Shown: one piece after another, positions 1 through 9,376 of the stretch
Position numbering within the stretch: position 1 is the first letter of the stretch
Layout of the letters: each line of letters begins with the position of its first letter
Assembly: GCA_043813605.1 (NCBI GenBank)
Contig: JBDRKX010000023.1
Span: forward strand, 1 to 45,394
Direction: 5' to 3'
Source: Elusimicrobiota bacterium
Lineage (GTDB): Bacteria; CG03; SLGR01; JBDRKX01
Length of the DNA stretch: 45,394 nt
Made by a program: the position numbers and the translations under genes
Notes under the pieces: model-generated
Seen by the model: the letters and a program-made list of their open reading frames with translations, nothing else
The model's database searches: none
What the model was told of the DNA's origin: nothing

Positions 1-4
1 GGCT

Positions 5-1303
5 ATGGATAAATATCTGGAAGTTGTTGACGCTGCTCTTACTGAAGGGATTATTCCCAGATGTCACCTTGAAGATATTACCCGTGCCGATTTCAGCGGT
101 TTTGTTGTACCGTTTGTTAAAAAACTTATGGCCAAATCAAAAGAGAGCGGGATACCAGTAAAGATCAGAGCTTGCGATACGCTTGGATATGGAGTGCCGC
201 ACCCACAGGCGGTACTGCCAAGATCGGTACCTAAAATCATTGATACTCTTGTAAGGGAGTGCGGTGTGCCCTCAGAACATCTTGAATGGCATGGGCATAA
301 CGATTTTCATAAGGTTCTTGTAAACGGCTTCATGGCATGGCTCTATGGCGCGTCTGCTGTGAACGGTACCCTGCTCGGTTACGGCGAACGTACGGGAAAT
401 CCTCCGATAGAGGGACTGATTATTGACTATATAAGTCTTAAAAAAACAAGTAACGGTATCAATACGCGGGTTATTACGGAAATTGCTGATTATTACAGAA
501 AGGAACTTAGTGAGGATATACCGCATTCTTTTCCATTTGTAGGCAGTGAATTCAATACGACAAGAGCCGGGATACATGCGGACGGGATGATAAAAAATGA
601 AGAGATATATAATATCTTTGATACAAGCAAGATACTGAACCGTCCTATGGGTGTAGCGATAACCGATAAGTCCGGTACGGCCGGCATCGCATTCTGGATA
701 AATCATAATATGGGATCTGAAATCGAATATCGTGTCAGCAAAAGTGATATTGCTGTTAAAAGGATTTATGATGTAATAATGGACAGTTACAGCAGTGGTA
801 GAACTACAGCTCTCTCCAATGACGAGATGAGAAATCTTACAAAGGAATACCTGCTTAAAAATATTGATTCGGATTTTGAAAAACTGAAAAAGAAGGCGGG
901 ACGATTACTTCTTCATCTTATTGATAACCTGTCAGAAAGGGATGATATTAAATCTATGGATGTCTCCAGACAGGAATCAGTTCTGGAAGCGATGTTGCAG
1001 AAACATGAATTTATTCAGTTTATATATGTGGTTGACAGTAAAGGAGTTAAGGTTACAAAGAATATAATTGATCCTAAATTTAAAAAGGATTTTGAGACGA
1101 AAGATGTCGGGGTTGTATACTCGGACAGGCTATGGTTTAAAGAGCCGATGGGAAGCGGCACTCCTTTCGTATCAAACTTCTATATGTCACGTATAACGGA
1201 CAGGCTATGTCTTACAGTATCTGCTCCGATAAGAAATGCCGAAGATAAGATAGTGGGGGTTGTCGGCATCGATATAAGTTTCGAAGAACTTGCAAAAATA
1301 TGA
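5..1303 (+). CDS. HMGL-like (DRE-TIM) Re-citrate synthase-like enzyme with C-terminal Cache/PDC-like domain; probably 5'-truncated by the window
   Basis: DRE-TIM motifs CDTLG, WHGHND, GERTGN, AGIHADG; C-terminal YSDRLWFKEPM...YMSRITDRLCLTVSAPI...VGVVGIDI is Cache-like; heads an operon with aconitase and fumarase. Confidence 0.75.
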   Translation: MDKYLEVVDAALTEGIIPRCHLEDITRADFSGFVVPFVKKLMAKSKESGIPVKIRACDTLGYGVPHPQAVLPRSVPKIIDTLVRECGVPSEHLEWHGHNDFHKVLVNGFMAWLYGASAVNGTLLGYGERTGNPPIEGLIIDYISLKKTSNGINTRVITEIADYYRKELSEDIPHSFPFVGSEFNTTRAGIHADGMIKNEEIYNIFDTSKILNRPMGVAITDKSGTAGIAFWINHNMGSEIEYRVSKSDIAVKRIYDVIMDSYSSGRTTALSNDEMRNLTKEYLLKNIDSDFEKLKKKAGRLLLHLIDNLSERDDIKSMDVSRQESVLEAMLQKHEFIQFIYVVDSKGVKVTKNIIDPKFKKDFETKDVGVVYSDRLWFKEPMGSGTPFVSNFYMSRITDRLCLTVSAPIRNAEDKIVGVVGIDISFEELAKI

Positions 1304-2646
1304 TCGATAATGAAAAAGAGCTTATAGAAAAAGCCCGGCGGCCTATGGCTGAATCTGCCAGGCTCCATGCATTTTACAGGGGAAAGATAGAGACTTCCCT
1401 GAAATGCCGAATAAGGGATTTTGATGATTTCGCATTATGGTACAGCCCGGGTGTGGCCCAGCCGTGTCTTGATATATGCGGCAACAAAGAGCTTGTTTAT
1501 AAATATACCAATAAATGGAATACCATAGCAGTGATAAGTGACGGCACCCGGGTGCTGGGACTGGGAGATATAGGCCCTGAGGCCGCTATGCCTGTCATGG
1601 AGGGTAAGGCATTGCTTTATAAATACCTGGGCGGTGTAGATGCTGTCGCGGTGTGTCTGGATACCAAGGATCCTGACGAGTTTGTAAGAACAGTTAAAAT
1701 ACTGCAGCCTTCTTTCGGCGGGATAAATCTTGAAGATATAGCTTCTCCGAAGTGTTTCGATATACTTGAAAGGTTAAGGAACGAATGTCATATACCTGTC
1801 TGGCACGATGATCAGCAGGGTACGGCTGCTGTAGTGCTTGCAGCGCTGATAAATGCGTTGAGGGTCGTTGATAAAGGTATGTCGGCAGTAAATATAGCCA
1901 TGGTCGGTGCAGGAGCCTCTAACATACGGATAGCGCATTTGATCATATTGGCCGGTGCCGATCCGGGTAATATAATTATGTGTGACAGTCGCGGGATACT
2001 CAATAAGCAGAGATCCGATTTAAGGGAAACGAACCGGGAGAAATGGGATATGTGCACTTCGACAAACAGCCGCAATATAAGCGGAAATATCGCTGATATG
2101 GTCAAGGGCGCGGATGTCCTGATAGCTTTGTCAAAACCGGGCCCGGGGGTCATTAAAAAAGAATGGATAGCCGAAATGGCGGAAGATGCGGTGGTATTCG
2201 CATGTGCCAATCCTGTTCCTGAGATATGGCCCTGGGAGGCAAAGGAAGCCGGCGCGAGAATAGTGGCTACCGGACGAAGCGATTTCCCCAATCAGGTAAA
2301 CAATTCTCTTGTGTTTCCCGCGATATTCCGCGGGGCTCTGGATGTGATGGCTTCCCGGATAACAGATACCATGTGTATAGCGGCGGCCTATGAACTGGCT
2401 GACTATGCGAGAAAAAAAGGCTTGAGTGAAGAGTATATCATACCGGCAATGGATGAAACCGATGTGTTTATATCGGAAGCGGTTGCAGTGGGTATGAAAG
2501 CGATTGAAGAAGGTCTTGCCAGACAGAAAATGACCAGGGATGAGCTTTTTGCCCGTGCAGGATCAATAATAAACAGATCCCGTGAACAGACCAGGCTTAT
2601 GATGGATAACGGAATAATAAAGGATGAAAGTGACACCGGGGTATAA
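1300..2646 (+). CDS. NAD(P)-dependent malic enzyme
   Basis: YSPGVA, DGTRVLGLGDIGP, EGKALL, INLEDI, HDDQQGTA, GAGAS, ANPVPEI, TGRSDFPNQVNN. Confidence 0.95.
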   Translation: MIDNEKELIEKARRPMAESARLHAFYRGKIETSLKCRIRDFDDFALWYSPGVAQPCLDICGNKELVYKYTNKWNTIAVISDGTRVLGLGDIGPEAAMPVMEGKALLYKYLGGVDAVAVCLDTKDPDEFVRTVKILQPSFGGINLEDIASPKCFDILERLRNECHIPVWHDDQQGTAAVVLAALINALRVVDKGMSAVNIAMVGAGASNIRIAHLIILAGADPGNIIMCDSRGILNKQRSDLRETNREKWDMCTSTNSRNISGNIADMVKGADVLIALSKPGPGVIKKEWIAEMAEDAVVFACANPVPEIWPWEAKEAGARIVATGRSDFPNQVNNSLVFPAIFRGALDVMASRITDTMCIAAAYELADYARKKGLSEEYIIPAMDETDVFISEAVAVGMKAIEEGLARQKMTRDELFARAGSIINRSREQTRLMMDNGIIKDESDTGV

Positions 2647-2652
2647 TACCGG

Positions 2653-4587
2653 ATGAATATAGTAGAGAAAATACTCGCTGCGCATATAGTTGAAGGGGAA
2701 CTTGCCGGGGAAAAAGAGATCGGCATCAGGATAGACCAGACTTTAACTCAGGATGCTACCGGAACGATGGCTTACCTGGAATTTGAAGCGATAGGCATAG
2801 ATTCTGTTAAGACCGAGTTATCGGTCAGTTATATCGACCATAATACGCTCCAGGATGGTTTTGAAAATGCTGATGACCACAGGTATCTTCAGAATGCAGC
2901 AGAAAAATACGGATTATTTTTTTCAAAAGCCGGCAACGGGATCTGTCACCAGGTCCATCTTGAATCTTTTGCGGTACCCGGGAAGACACTTCTCGGCTCC
3001 GATTCGCATACTCCGACAGCCGGCGGTATAGGTTCACTGGCTATAGGAGCAGGAGGACTGGATATAGCGAGCGCTATGGCTGGCAGTCCCTTTTATCTGC
3101 CGGCACCGAAAACGCTTAACATAAATCTTACCGGTAAACTTCGTCCGTTTGTGAGCGCCAAAGACATAATACTGAAAATACTTGAGATCCTTACTACCAG
3201 GGATAATGTCGGGTACATCGTGGAATACTCAGGAGACGGATTGAAGGGCCTTTCAGTTCCGGAAAGAGCGACAATTGCCAATATGGGGGCAGAACTCGGT
3301 GTTACAACTTCAGTCTTTCCATCGGATAATGTTACGTTGCGTTTCATGAGATCACAGGGCAGGGAATCAGACTGGATCGAATTAGCTGCAGACAAAGACG
3401 CGATATATGAAAAAGAGATGACGTTAGACCTGTCTCTGCTGAATCCGATGATCGCGCTGCCTCATTCTCCGGACAATGTTAAGGAAGTAAAAGAGTTGAA
3501 GGGTCTTAAAGTAGACCAGGTACTTATCGGGAGTTGTACAAACGCTTCTTATAAGGATCTTTATACAGTTGCAAAATTATTAGAGAACAGGCAGGCCGAC
3601 AAGAACGTATCATTCGGAGTATCACCTGGTTCAAAACAGGTTTTTGAAATGCTTGCAGATAACGGATTAATCAAAAACATTGTGGAGGCGGGAGCAAGGA
3701 TCCTCGAGTCCTCATGCGGATTCTGTATAGGTATGGGACAGTCACCCGGCACGGATGCTGTCAGCTTGAGGACGAATAACAGGAATTTTTTGGGCAGGAG
3801 CGGAACAAAAAGTGCAGGTATATATCTTGTAAGCCCTGAAACAGCTGTAGCATCGGCACTTGCCGGTGAAATAACCGATCCCGGGGAATATTTTAAGGAC
3901 ACGGTGGAATTCAGTATGCCGGAAAAATTCAAAAAGAATGACAGTCTGTTAATACCTCCCCTGAAAGAGAAGGATAGGGAAAAAGTGACCTTGTTCAAGG
4001 GCCCTAATATAGGCAGCCCGCCTGTCAGTGAAGCTCTTGATGATACACTGAAAGCGATAGCTGTTCTGAAAGTCGGGGACAAAATCACTACTGATCATAT
4101 CATGCCTGCCGGCAGATACCTGAAATACAGGTCGAACATAGAAAGATACTCAGATGTGGTTTTTCTCAATGTGGATGAGGAATTTGCCGAAAAATGCAGA
4201 CGTAACAGGAAAAACGGTTTTTCTAATATCATCGTAGGAGGTTACAGCTATGGGCAGGGTTCCAGCAGAAAACACGCTGCGATCTGTCCGATGTATCTGG
4301 GTGTAAGCGCTGTTATCGTAAAGAGTATAGAGAGGATACATAGGGCAAATCTGATCAATTTCGGCATAGTACCTCTGTTATTTGAAAACGAAGATGATTA
4401 TTCCGGTATTGATCCCGGGGACGAACTGGTTCTGGCGGATATAGCAGATTGTATAAAAAAGAACCTGAATATCAAAGTGGAAAATAAGACAAAAGGCAGG
4501 GAATATACAGTCAAGGGCAGTTTTTCAGAAAGGGAAAGATATTATCTCCTTGCGGGCGGAAAACTAAATGTGTTGAAATCGGTATAA
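2653..4587 (+). CDS. Aconitate hydratase (compact ~640-aa type)
   Basis: QDATG, GICHQ, GSDSHT, Fe-S ligands GSCTN and CGFCIG, NRNFLGR, TTDHIMP, swivel GSSR(K)HA. Confidence 0.92.
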   Translation: MNIVEKILAAHIVEGELAGEKEIGIRIDQTLTQDATGTMAYLEFEAIGIDSVKTELSVSYIDHNTLQDGFENADDHRYLQNAAEKYGLFFSKAGNGICHQVHLESFAVPGKTLLGSDSHTPTAGGIGSLAIGAGGLDIASAMAGSPFYLPAPKTLNINLTGKLRPFVSAKDIILKILEILTTRDNVGYIVEYSGDGLKGLSVPERATIANMGAELGVTTSVFPSDNVTLRFMRSQGRESDWIELAADKDAIYEKEMTLDLSLLNPMIALPHSPDNVKEVKELKGLKVDQVLIGSCTNASYKDLYTVAKLLENRQADKNVSFGVSPGSKQVFEMLADNGLIKNIVEAGARILESSCGFCIGMGQSPGTDAVSLRTNNRNFLGRSGTKSAGIYLVSPETAVASALAGEITDPGEYFKDTVEFSMPEKFKKNDSLLIPPLKEKDREKVTLFKGPNIGSPPVSEALDDTLKAIAVLKVGDKITTDHIMPAGRYLKYRSNIERYSDVVFLNVDEEFAEKCRRNRKNGFSNIIVGGYSYGQGSSRKHAAICPMYLGVSAVIVKSIERIHRANLINFGIVPLLFENEDDYSGIDPGDELVLADIADCIKKNLNIKVENKTKGREYTVKGSFSERERYYLLAGGKLNVLKSV

Positions 4588-4609
4588 ATATTTTAGTATA
4601 CCAGGAATC

Positions 4610-5398
4610 ATGAAAATAGAAAGCTTTGAGAACCGTTTGATTGATGAGATGATAAAATCGACTTACATTCTTCCCCGGCCGCTAAAGAAGATGATAAAAA
4701 CTGCTTATTTCTCATCAAGCGGACTGGAAAAAAGAGTTTTTAAGAGGATCATTGAAAATATATCTATAGCGGAAAAAGAAAAGATCCCGGTATGCCAGGA
4801 TACGGGTATCATGGAGATCTGGCTGAAGATCGGAAACTCCTGCCGGTTGGACAGATGTAATTTTAACGCACTGTTTGACCGTGCTGCAAAAAAAGCCCAT
4901 AAAATCGGCGGCTTGAGAAAATCCATGGACAGGATACGCCCTGTTCTACATACGGAATTAATGTCCGGTAAAAACATTGACGTAGTAATTTCCCCGCGGG
5001 GTTTTGGCAGTGAAAATTACAGTTTTCTGCATATGATGCCGCCTGTGAGCAGTATCAAGGATATTACAGACAGAATTATCCTTGATGTCAAAGAGGCGGG
5101 CGGGCGGCCATGCCCGCCGTATGTTATCGGAATAGGTATAGGAGGAACAGCTTCTAAAGCTGTTGAGATGTCTGTAGAAGCATTGACGGAGGCAGGCTCC
5201 GTTCTTAGCACTGAAGAAGAGCGTATACTCAGGGCGATAAACCGCCTGAAGACAGGAGCCGGAAGTGTGGGGGGCAGGCATACAGCACTATCGGTGAGGA
5301 TAAAGCGGTTTCCGATGCATATAGCAGGTCTTGCACTCGGAGTGCATATAGGCTGCTGGTGTAACAGAGTAAGGAGATTCAGGTTTGAAACATCTTAG
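4610..5398 (+). CDS. Class I Fe-S fumarate hydratase/tartrate dehydratase, alpha subunit
   Basis: PVCQDTG, GFGSEN, PCPP, GIGIGG, C-terminal CWCNR. Confidence 0.88.
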   Translation: MKIESFENRLIDEMIKSTYILPRPLKKMIKTAYFSSSGLEKRVFKRIIENISIAEKEKIPVCQDTGIMEIWLKIGNSCRLDRCNFNALFDRAAKKAHKIGGLRKSMDRIRPVLHTELMSGKNIDVVISPRGFGSENYSFLHMMPPVSSIKDITDRIILDVKEAGGRPCPPYVIGIGIGGTASKAVEMSVEALTEAGSVLSTEEERILRAINRLKTGAGSVGGRHTALSVRIKRFPMHIAGLALGVHIGCWCNRVRRFRFETS

Positions 5399-5903
5399 TT
5401 TACCTGTTTCCGATAAAAACATTATGAAGCGCTATAAGTGTAAAGAAGAGATACTGGTAGACGGGGTGATTTATACAGCCAGGGATACAGTGCATCATCT
5501 TGTATTTTCAGAAAAGGCAGAATGGCCTTTTCCATTATCCGGCAGCGCAATTTTTTATACTGGTCCGACGCATTCAGTACCCGGATTCCCGCTGGGTTCG
5601 TGCGGACCTACTACTTCTTCACGTATGGACAGGTATACACCGGGGTTGTATGGACAGGGATTAGCTGTAACCATAGGGAAAGGGCCCCGGAGCCCGGAAG
5701 TAGTAAAGAGCATAAAAAAAAATACTGGATTATATCTTATAGCATATGGCGGCTGCGGTGCTCTATACGGGAGTCGTGTGACGGATGCGCGGTTGATAGG
5801 TTTCAGGGACCTGGGTCCGCAGGCGGTTTACAGGATAGAGGTCAGGGATTTCCCTGTTATCGTCGGTATTGACACTGACGGCGCGGATATTTATGGGACA
5901 TGA
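5385..5903 (+). CDS. Class I Fe-S fumarate hydratase/tartrate dehydratase, beta subunit
   Basis: IYTARD, GPTTSSRMD, IGKG, FPVIVGID; TTG start overlapping the alpha subunit. Confidence 0.88.
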   Translation: MKHLSLPVSDKNIMKRYKCKEEILVDGVIYTARDTVHHLVFSEKAEWPFPLSGSAIFYTGPTHSVPGFPLGSCGPTTSSRMDRYTPGLYGQGLAVTIGKGPRSPEVVKSIKKNTGLYLIAYGGCGALYGSRVTDARLIGFRDLGPQAVYRIEVRDFPVIVGIDTDGADIYGT

Positions 5904-5978
5904 ACTGAATTACAGTAAGGGACACAATCCTTAATTCTAAAATTAAGGTTATGTCCCGGTAATTCAGTATCGTGTCCC
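5895..5978. repeat. Nested palindromic REP-like element (outer and inner GGGACA...TGTCCC units)
   Basis: Outer GGGACAtgaACTGAATTAC / GTAATTCAGTatcgTGTCCC; inner (5919-5957) GGGACAcaatCCTTAATT-ctaa-AATTAAGGttaTGTCCC. Confidence 0.75.
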
Positions 5979-5996
5979 TGTAAAGGCGGATGAAAA

Positions 5997-6440
5997 ATGG
6001 ATAAAACTCTGATAATTGTAAAGCCGGATGCTTTTTCAAAAAGTGTCATAGGTAAGGTCATTTCCAAGCTTGAAGAAACAGGCTTGAAGATAATGGCAGC
6101 AAAGACAATATGGATGAATAATGAACAGGCAGAGGCCTTCTATGCGGAACACAAGGGAAAGGGTTTTTATGAGCCGCTCGTGGTTTTTATGAGTTCTAAT
6201 CCTGTTATGGTTATGGTCTGGGGGGGAGATAATGCGGTAATCCGGGCCCGTTGTATAATAGGCGCTACGGATCCGGCTGATGCGGATGAAGGTACAATAA
6301 GAGAGCAATGGGCGCAGGATGGCAGGCATAATATCATTCACGGATCGGATTCCGCAGAATCGGCGGAAAGGGAAATAGGATTCTTTTTCTCTGATTCCGA
6401 AGATATATTTAAATGGGAAGGAAAGGAATACAGAATATGA
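5997..6440 (+). CDS. ndk: Nucleoside diphosphate kinase
   Basis: TLIIVKPDA, FYAEHKGKGFY, GATDP, GTIR, catalytic NIIHGSDS. Confidence 0.97.
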   Translation: MDKTLIIVKPDAFSKSVIGKVISKLEETGLKIMAAKTIWMNNEQAEAFYAEHKGKGFYEPLVVFMSSNPVMVMVWGGDNAVIRARCIIGATDPADADEGTIREQWAQDGRHNIIHGSDSAESAEREIGFFFSDSEDIFKWEGKEYRI

Positions 6441-7672
6441 AGAAGAGGATACTGGTTCTAAACTGCGGAAGCTCTTCCGTAAAGTATGAGTTGATGGATG
6501 CGGATGATTCTACGGTCCTTGCCAGGGGTCTTGTTGAAAAAATAGGTATGGAGGATGCTGTTATAAACCATCATTACCTGGAGAATGGCCAATATTATGA
6601 TATCAAACGGGTAGAAAATGTACCCACACACAGGGCGGGAATAAGGATAATTGTAGAACTATTGACCAGCGGGGAACACGGTGTTGTAAAAGATCTGGAT
6701 GAGATATTCGGTATAGGGCACAGGGTCGTTCACGGCGGGGAACATTATTACGAATCAGTTTATGTGAACCAGGATGTGAAAGACGATATCAAGAAATGCA
6801 TCGAACTTGCTCCGTTGCACAATCCCCATCATCTGGCCGGTATCGAGGCGTGTGAGACCTTGATACCTGATCATCCGCAAGTCGCGGTATTCGATACGGC
6901 ATTTCATCACAGTATGCCGGAAAGAGCCTTCATGTATGCATTGCCGTATGAGATGTATAGATTACACGGTATAAGGAAATACGGTTTTCACGGGACATCC
7001 CATCAGTATGTTTCCCAGAGAGCGGCCCAGATCTGCCAGAGAAGAATGAGTGATATGAAGATCATATCATGTCACCTGGGTAACGGTTCCAGCATTTGCG
7101 CTATTAAAGAAGGAAAATCAGTTGATACATCTATGGGATTCACTCCTGTAGCCGGACTGATGATGGGTACACGGACAGGAGATATAGATCCAGCCATAAT
7201 AATATACCTTATGCATAAAGAAGGGCTTTCGCTGACTGAGGTCAATTCAATGATAAACAGGCATTCCGGACTCTATGGGATATCGGGTATATCAAGAGAT
7301 TTCAGGAAGATAGCCGAAGAAGCAAAAGAAGGCAACGAAAGGGCAAAACTGGCACTGGATATGTTCGTCTACAGGATAAAACATTATATAGGGGCCTATG
7401 TGGCGGTGATGAATGGGATTGATGTGCTGATCTTCACTGCGGGAATAGGGAGCAATTCTCCAAAGTTAAGGAGCGTGACATGCAGGGATCTCAGTTACCT
7501 CGGTATTAAGCTGGATGAGGAGAAGAACAATGAAGCAGGTTCGGAGGAGGGTATTATATCCAGGGAGGATTCAGCAGTAACAGTGATAAGCTTGCCTACT
7601 AATGAAGAGCTTCTCATTGCAAGGGAAACAGCAAGGATCGTAGAAAAAAAGAAGGCAGAAGGACTTGACTGA
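6437..7672 (+). CDS. ackA: Acetate kinase
   Basis: ILVLNCGSSSVK, GHRVVHGG, APLHNP, VFDTAFH, YGFHGTSH, CHLGNG, TNEE; start placed at ATG 6437 (ATGA overlap with ndk stop). Confidence 0.96.
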   Translation: MKKRILVLNCGSSSVKYELMDADDSTVLARGLVEKIGMEDAVINHHYLENGQYYDIKRVENVPTHRAGIRIIVELLTSGEHGVVKDLDEIFGIGHRVVHGGEHYYESVYVNQDVKDDIKKCIELAPLHNPHHLAGIEACETLIPDHPQVAVFDTAFHHSMPERAFMYALPYEMYRLHGIRKYGFHGTSHQYVSQRAAQICQRRMSDMKIISCHLGNGSSICAIKEGKSVDTSMGFTPVAGLMMGTRTGDIDPAIIIYLMHKEGLSLTEVNSMINRHSGLYGISGISRDFRKIAEEAKEGNERAKLALDMFVYRIKHYIGAYVAVMNGIDVLIFTAGIGSNSPKLRSVTCRDLSYLGIKLDEEKNNEAGSEEGIISREDSAVTVISLPTNEELLIARETARIVEKKKAEGLD

Positions 7673-7690
7673 TGAACGGGAATCCTAACA

Positions 7691-7918
7691 ATGTGCGCAG
7701 ATAAGACAAACAGGAGATCCTGTCCGGATTGCGGGAAGAAGGTCGATATTGAGAAATCAAATTTCTGCCCGGCATGCGGAAAGGAGATATTTACACCGGT
7801 AATAGATAAAAGGACCAATTATATAATCATAGCGGTTATTGCGGCTATATTGCTGTTATTGCTGCTTTTATACCGTGTTCTCTCACCGATTATCTATTTT
7901 TATCTTGATATGGTTTGA
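7691..7918 (+). CDS. Small double zinc-ribbon membrane protein
   Basis: CPDCG and CPACG knuckles followed by a hydrophobic helix (IIIAVIAAILLLLLLL). Confidence 0.7.
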   Translation: MCADKTNRRSCPDCGKKVDIEKSNFCPACGKEIFTPVIDKRTNYIIIAVIAAILLLLLLLYRVLSPIIYFYLDMV

Positions 7919-7924
7919 TCGCTG

Positions 7925-7953
7925 TTGACAAAAGCAGTATAAATTGTTAAATG
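7925..7953 (+). promoter_or_regulatory. Candidate sigma70 promoter upstream of rpmF
   Basis: Perfect TTGACA at 7925-7930; only a weak -10 (TTAAAT/TAAATG) at 16-17 bp spacing. Confidence 0.3.
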
Positions 7954-8017
7954 TATATTTCAATTTAACTGAAATCAGGGAAGATCGATATATAGTCTTA
8001 TATGCATGCCCCGGTTT

Positions 8018-8034
8018 AAAGTATAATATACTTT
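8018..8034. promoter_or_regulatory. Perfect 17-bp palindrome containing TATAAT (candidate operator over a -10 box)
   Basis: AAAGTATA-A-TATACTTT; TATAAT at 8022-8027; about 50 bp upstream of rpmF. Confidence 0.4.
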
Positions 8035-8085
8035 CTGCCGGCTGTAGACCGGGCGATATTTTCAGGTAAAAAAAAGGATAGAAAA

Positions 8086-8361
8086 ATGGCTGTACCAAAA
8101 AGAAGACATTCCAGTAGCAGAAGAGACAAAAGAAGATCGGCTAAAAAGATAGACTTTGCTCAACCGGGAGTATGCCCGCAATGCAAATCGCCTAAATTGC
8201 CGCACAGGGTATGCGCCGAATGCGGATCTTATGATGGTAAACAGATCCTCGCCGGCGAAGAAGAAAAAGAAAAAAAGAAACAGAAGAAGAAAAAAAAAGA
8301 AAAAGGAAGAACAAGAGGAGAATTAATTGAAGATTGCCGTAGACGCAATGGGCGGCGATAA
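8086..8361 (+). CDS. rpmF: 50S ribosomal protein L32 (Zn-binding type); true end probably TAA 8324-8326 if the A9 run has one extra base
   Basis: [20 protein letters not shown]...[11 protein letters not shown]; directly upstream of plsX. Confidence 0.93.
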   Translation: MAVPKRRHSSSRRDKRRSAKKIDFAQPGVCPQCKSPKLPHRVCAECGSYDGKQILAGEEEKEKKKQKKKKKEKGRTRGELIEDCRRRNGRR

Positions 8362-9376
8362 TGCCCCTGCTATAAATATAGACGGGTCGATACTTGCTCT
8401 TAAGGAATTTAACACCGGCCAGAGGGTTAGCGGTGAAAATCTGGAGTTGATCCTCATCGGTCAAAAGGAACTGTTGAAAAAAGAGCTGGCTTTGAGAGGG
8501 GTTCCGGCTCTTCCTATCGAGATCAGGGCCGCGACGCAGGTTATAGGCATGGAAGAGACTACACAGGAAGCTTGCAGGAAAAAACCGGATGCTTCAATAT
8601 TAGTCGGAACGATGATGCTCAAAAACGGAGAAGCGGACGCTTTTGTATCAGCCGGTAACTCAGGAGCTGTGATGGCTGCCGCGGTACTGAACCTGGAAAG
8701 GCTGAAAGGGATAAGAAGACCCGCTATAGCGACTGTTTTTCCAACACTTAAGGAACCGTGTGTTATTGTTGATGTGGGTGCTAATGCGGAATGTAAGGCC
8801 AAACATCTTTTCCAGTTCGCCATAATGGGCGAATCTTATGTTAAATATGTTTTTAAAAGAAGAATACCCAGAGTAGCTCTTCTCAGTATGGGGCATGAAG
8901 AGGGGAAGGGCAGTGTGCTTGTACAGTCAGCATATAAACTCCTCATGAAAAGCAATGTGAATTTTATAGGCAATATAGAAGGACATGATATAATCAAAGG
9001 CGCCGCTGATGTTGTCGTATGTGACGGGTTCGTCGGCAATATTATTCTTAAATTCGGGGAAAGCATAGGCGTGTCTTTGATGAAACTTCTGAAGCAGGAA
9101 CTGGAAAAAAGCCTATTGAGAAAAGCAGCCGCCGGGGTTATGAAAGGGGCTTTTTACGAAGTGAATAAAATGATAAATCCTGAGGAAACCGGCGGAGCGC
9201 CACTGTTGGGAGTGAATGGCGCCTGCATAATATGTCACGGCGGGTCTACTGTAAAAGCTATGAAGAATGCCATAAATACTGCAATCGAATACGTCGATCA
9301 GGATGTGAACAAGCATATACAGGAGTCGATATTACAGAATTCAACAGGACTGTTGAGAGGTGCTCTCCATGACTGA
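8327..9376 (+). CDS. plsX: Phosphate acyltransferase PlsX
   Basis: [50 protein letters not shown] start after GAGGAG. Confidence 0.96.
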   Translation: MKIAVDAMGGDNAPAINIDGSILALKEFNTGQRVSGENLELILIGQKELLKKELALRGVPALPIEIRAATQVIGMEETTQEACRKKPDASILVGTMMLKNGEADAFVSAGNSGAVMAAAVLNLERLKGIRRPAIATVFPTLKEPCVIVDVGANAECKAKHLFQFAIMGESYVKYVFKRRIPRVALLSMGHEEGKGSVLVQSAYKLLMKSNVNFIGNIEGHDIIKGAADVVVCDGFVGNIILKFGESIGVSLMKLLKQELEKSLLRKAAAGVMKGAFYEVNKMINPEETGGAPLLGVNGACIICHGGSTVKAMKNAINTAIEYVDQDVNKHIQESILQNSTGLLRGALHD

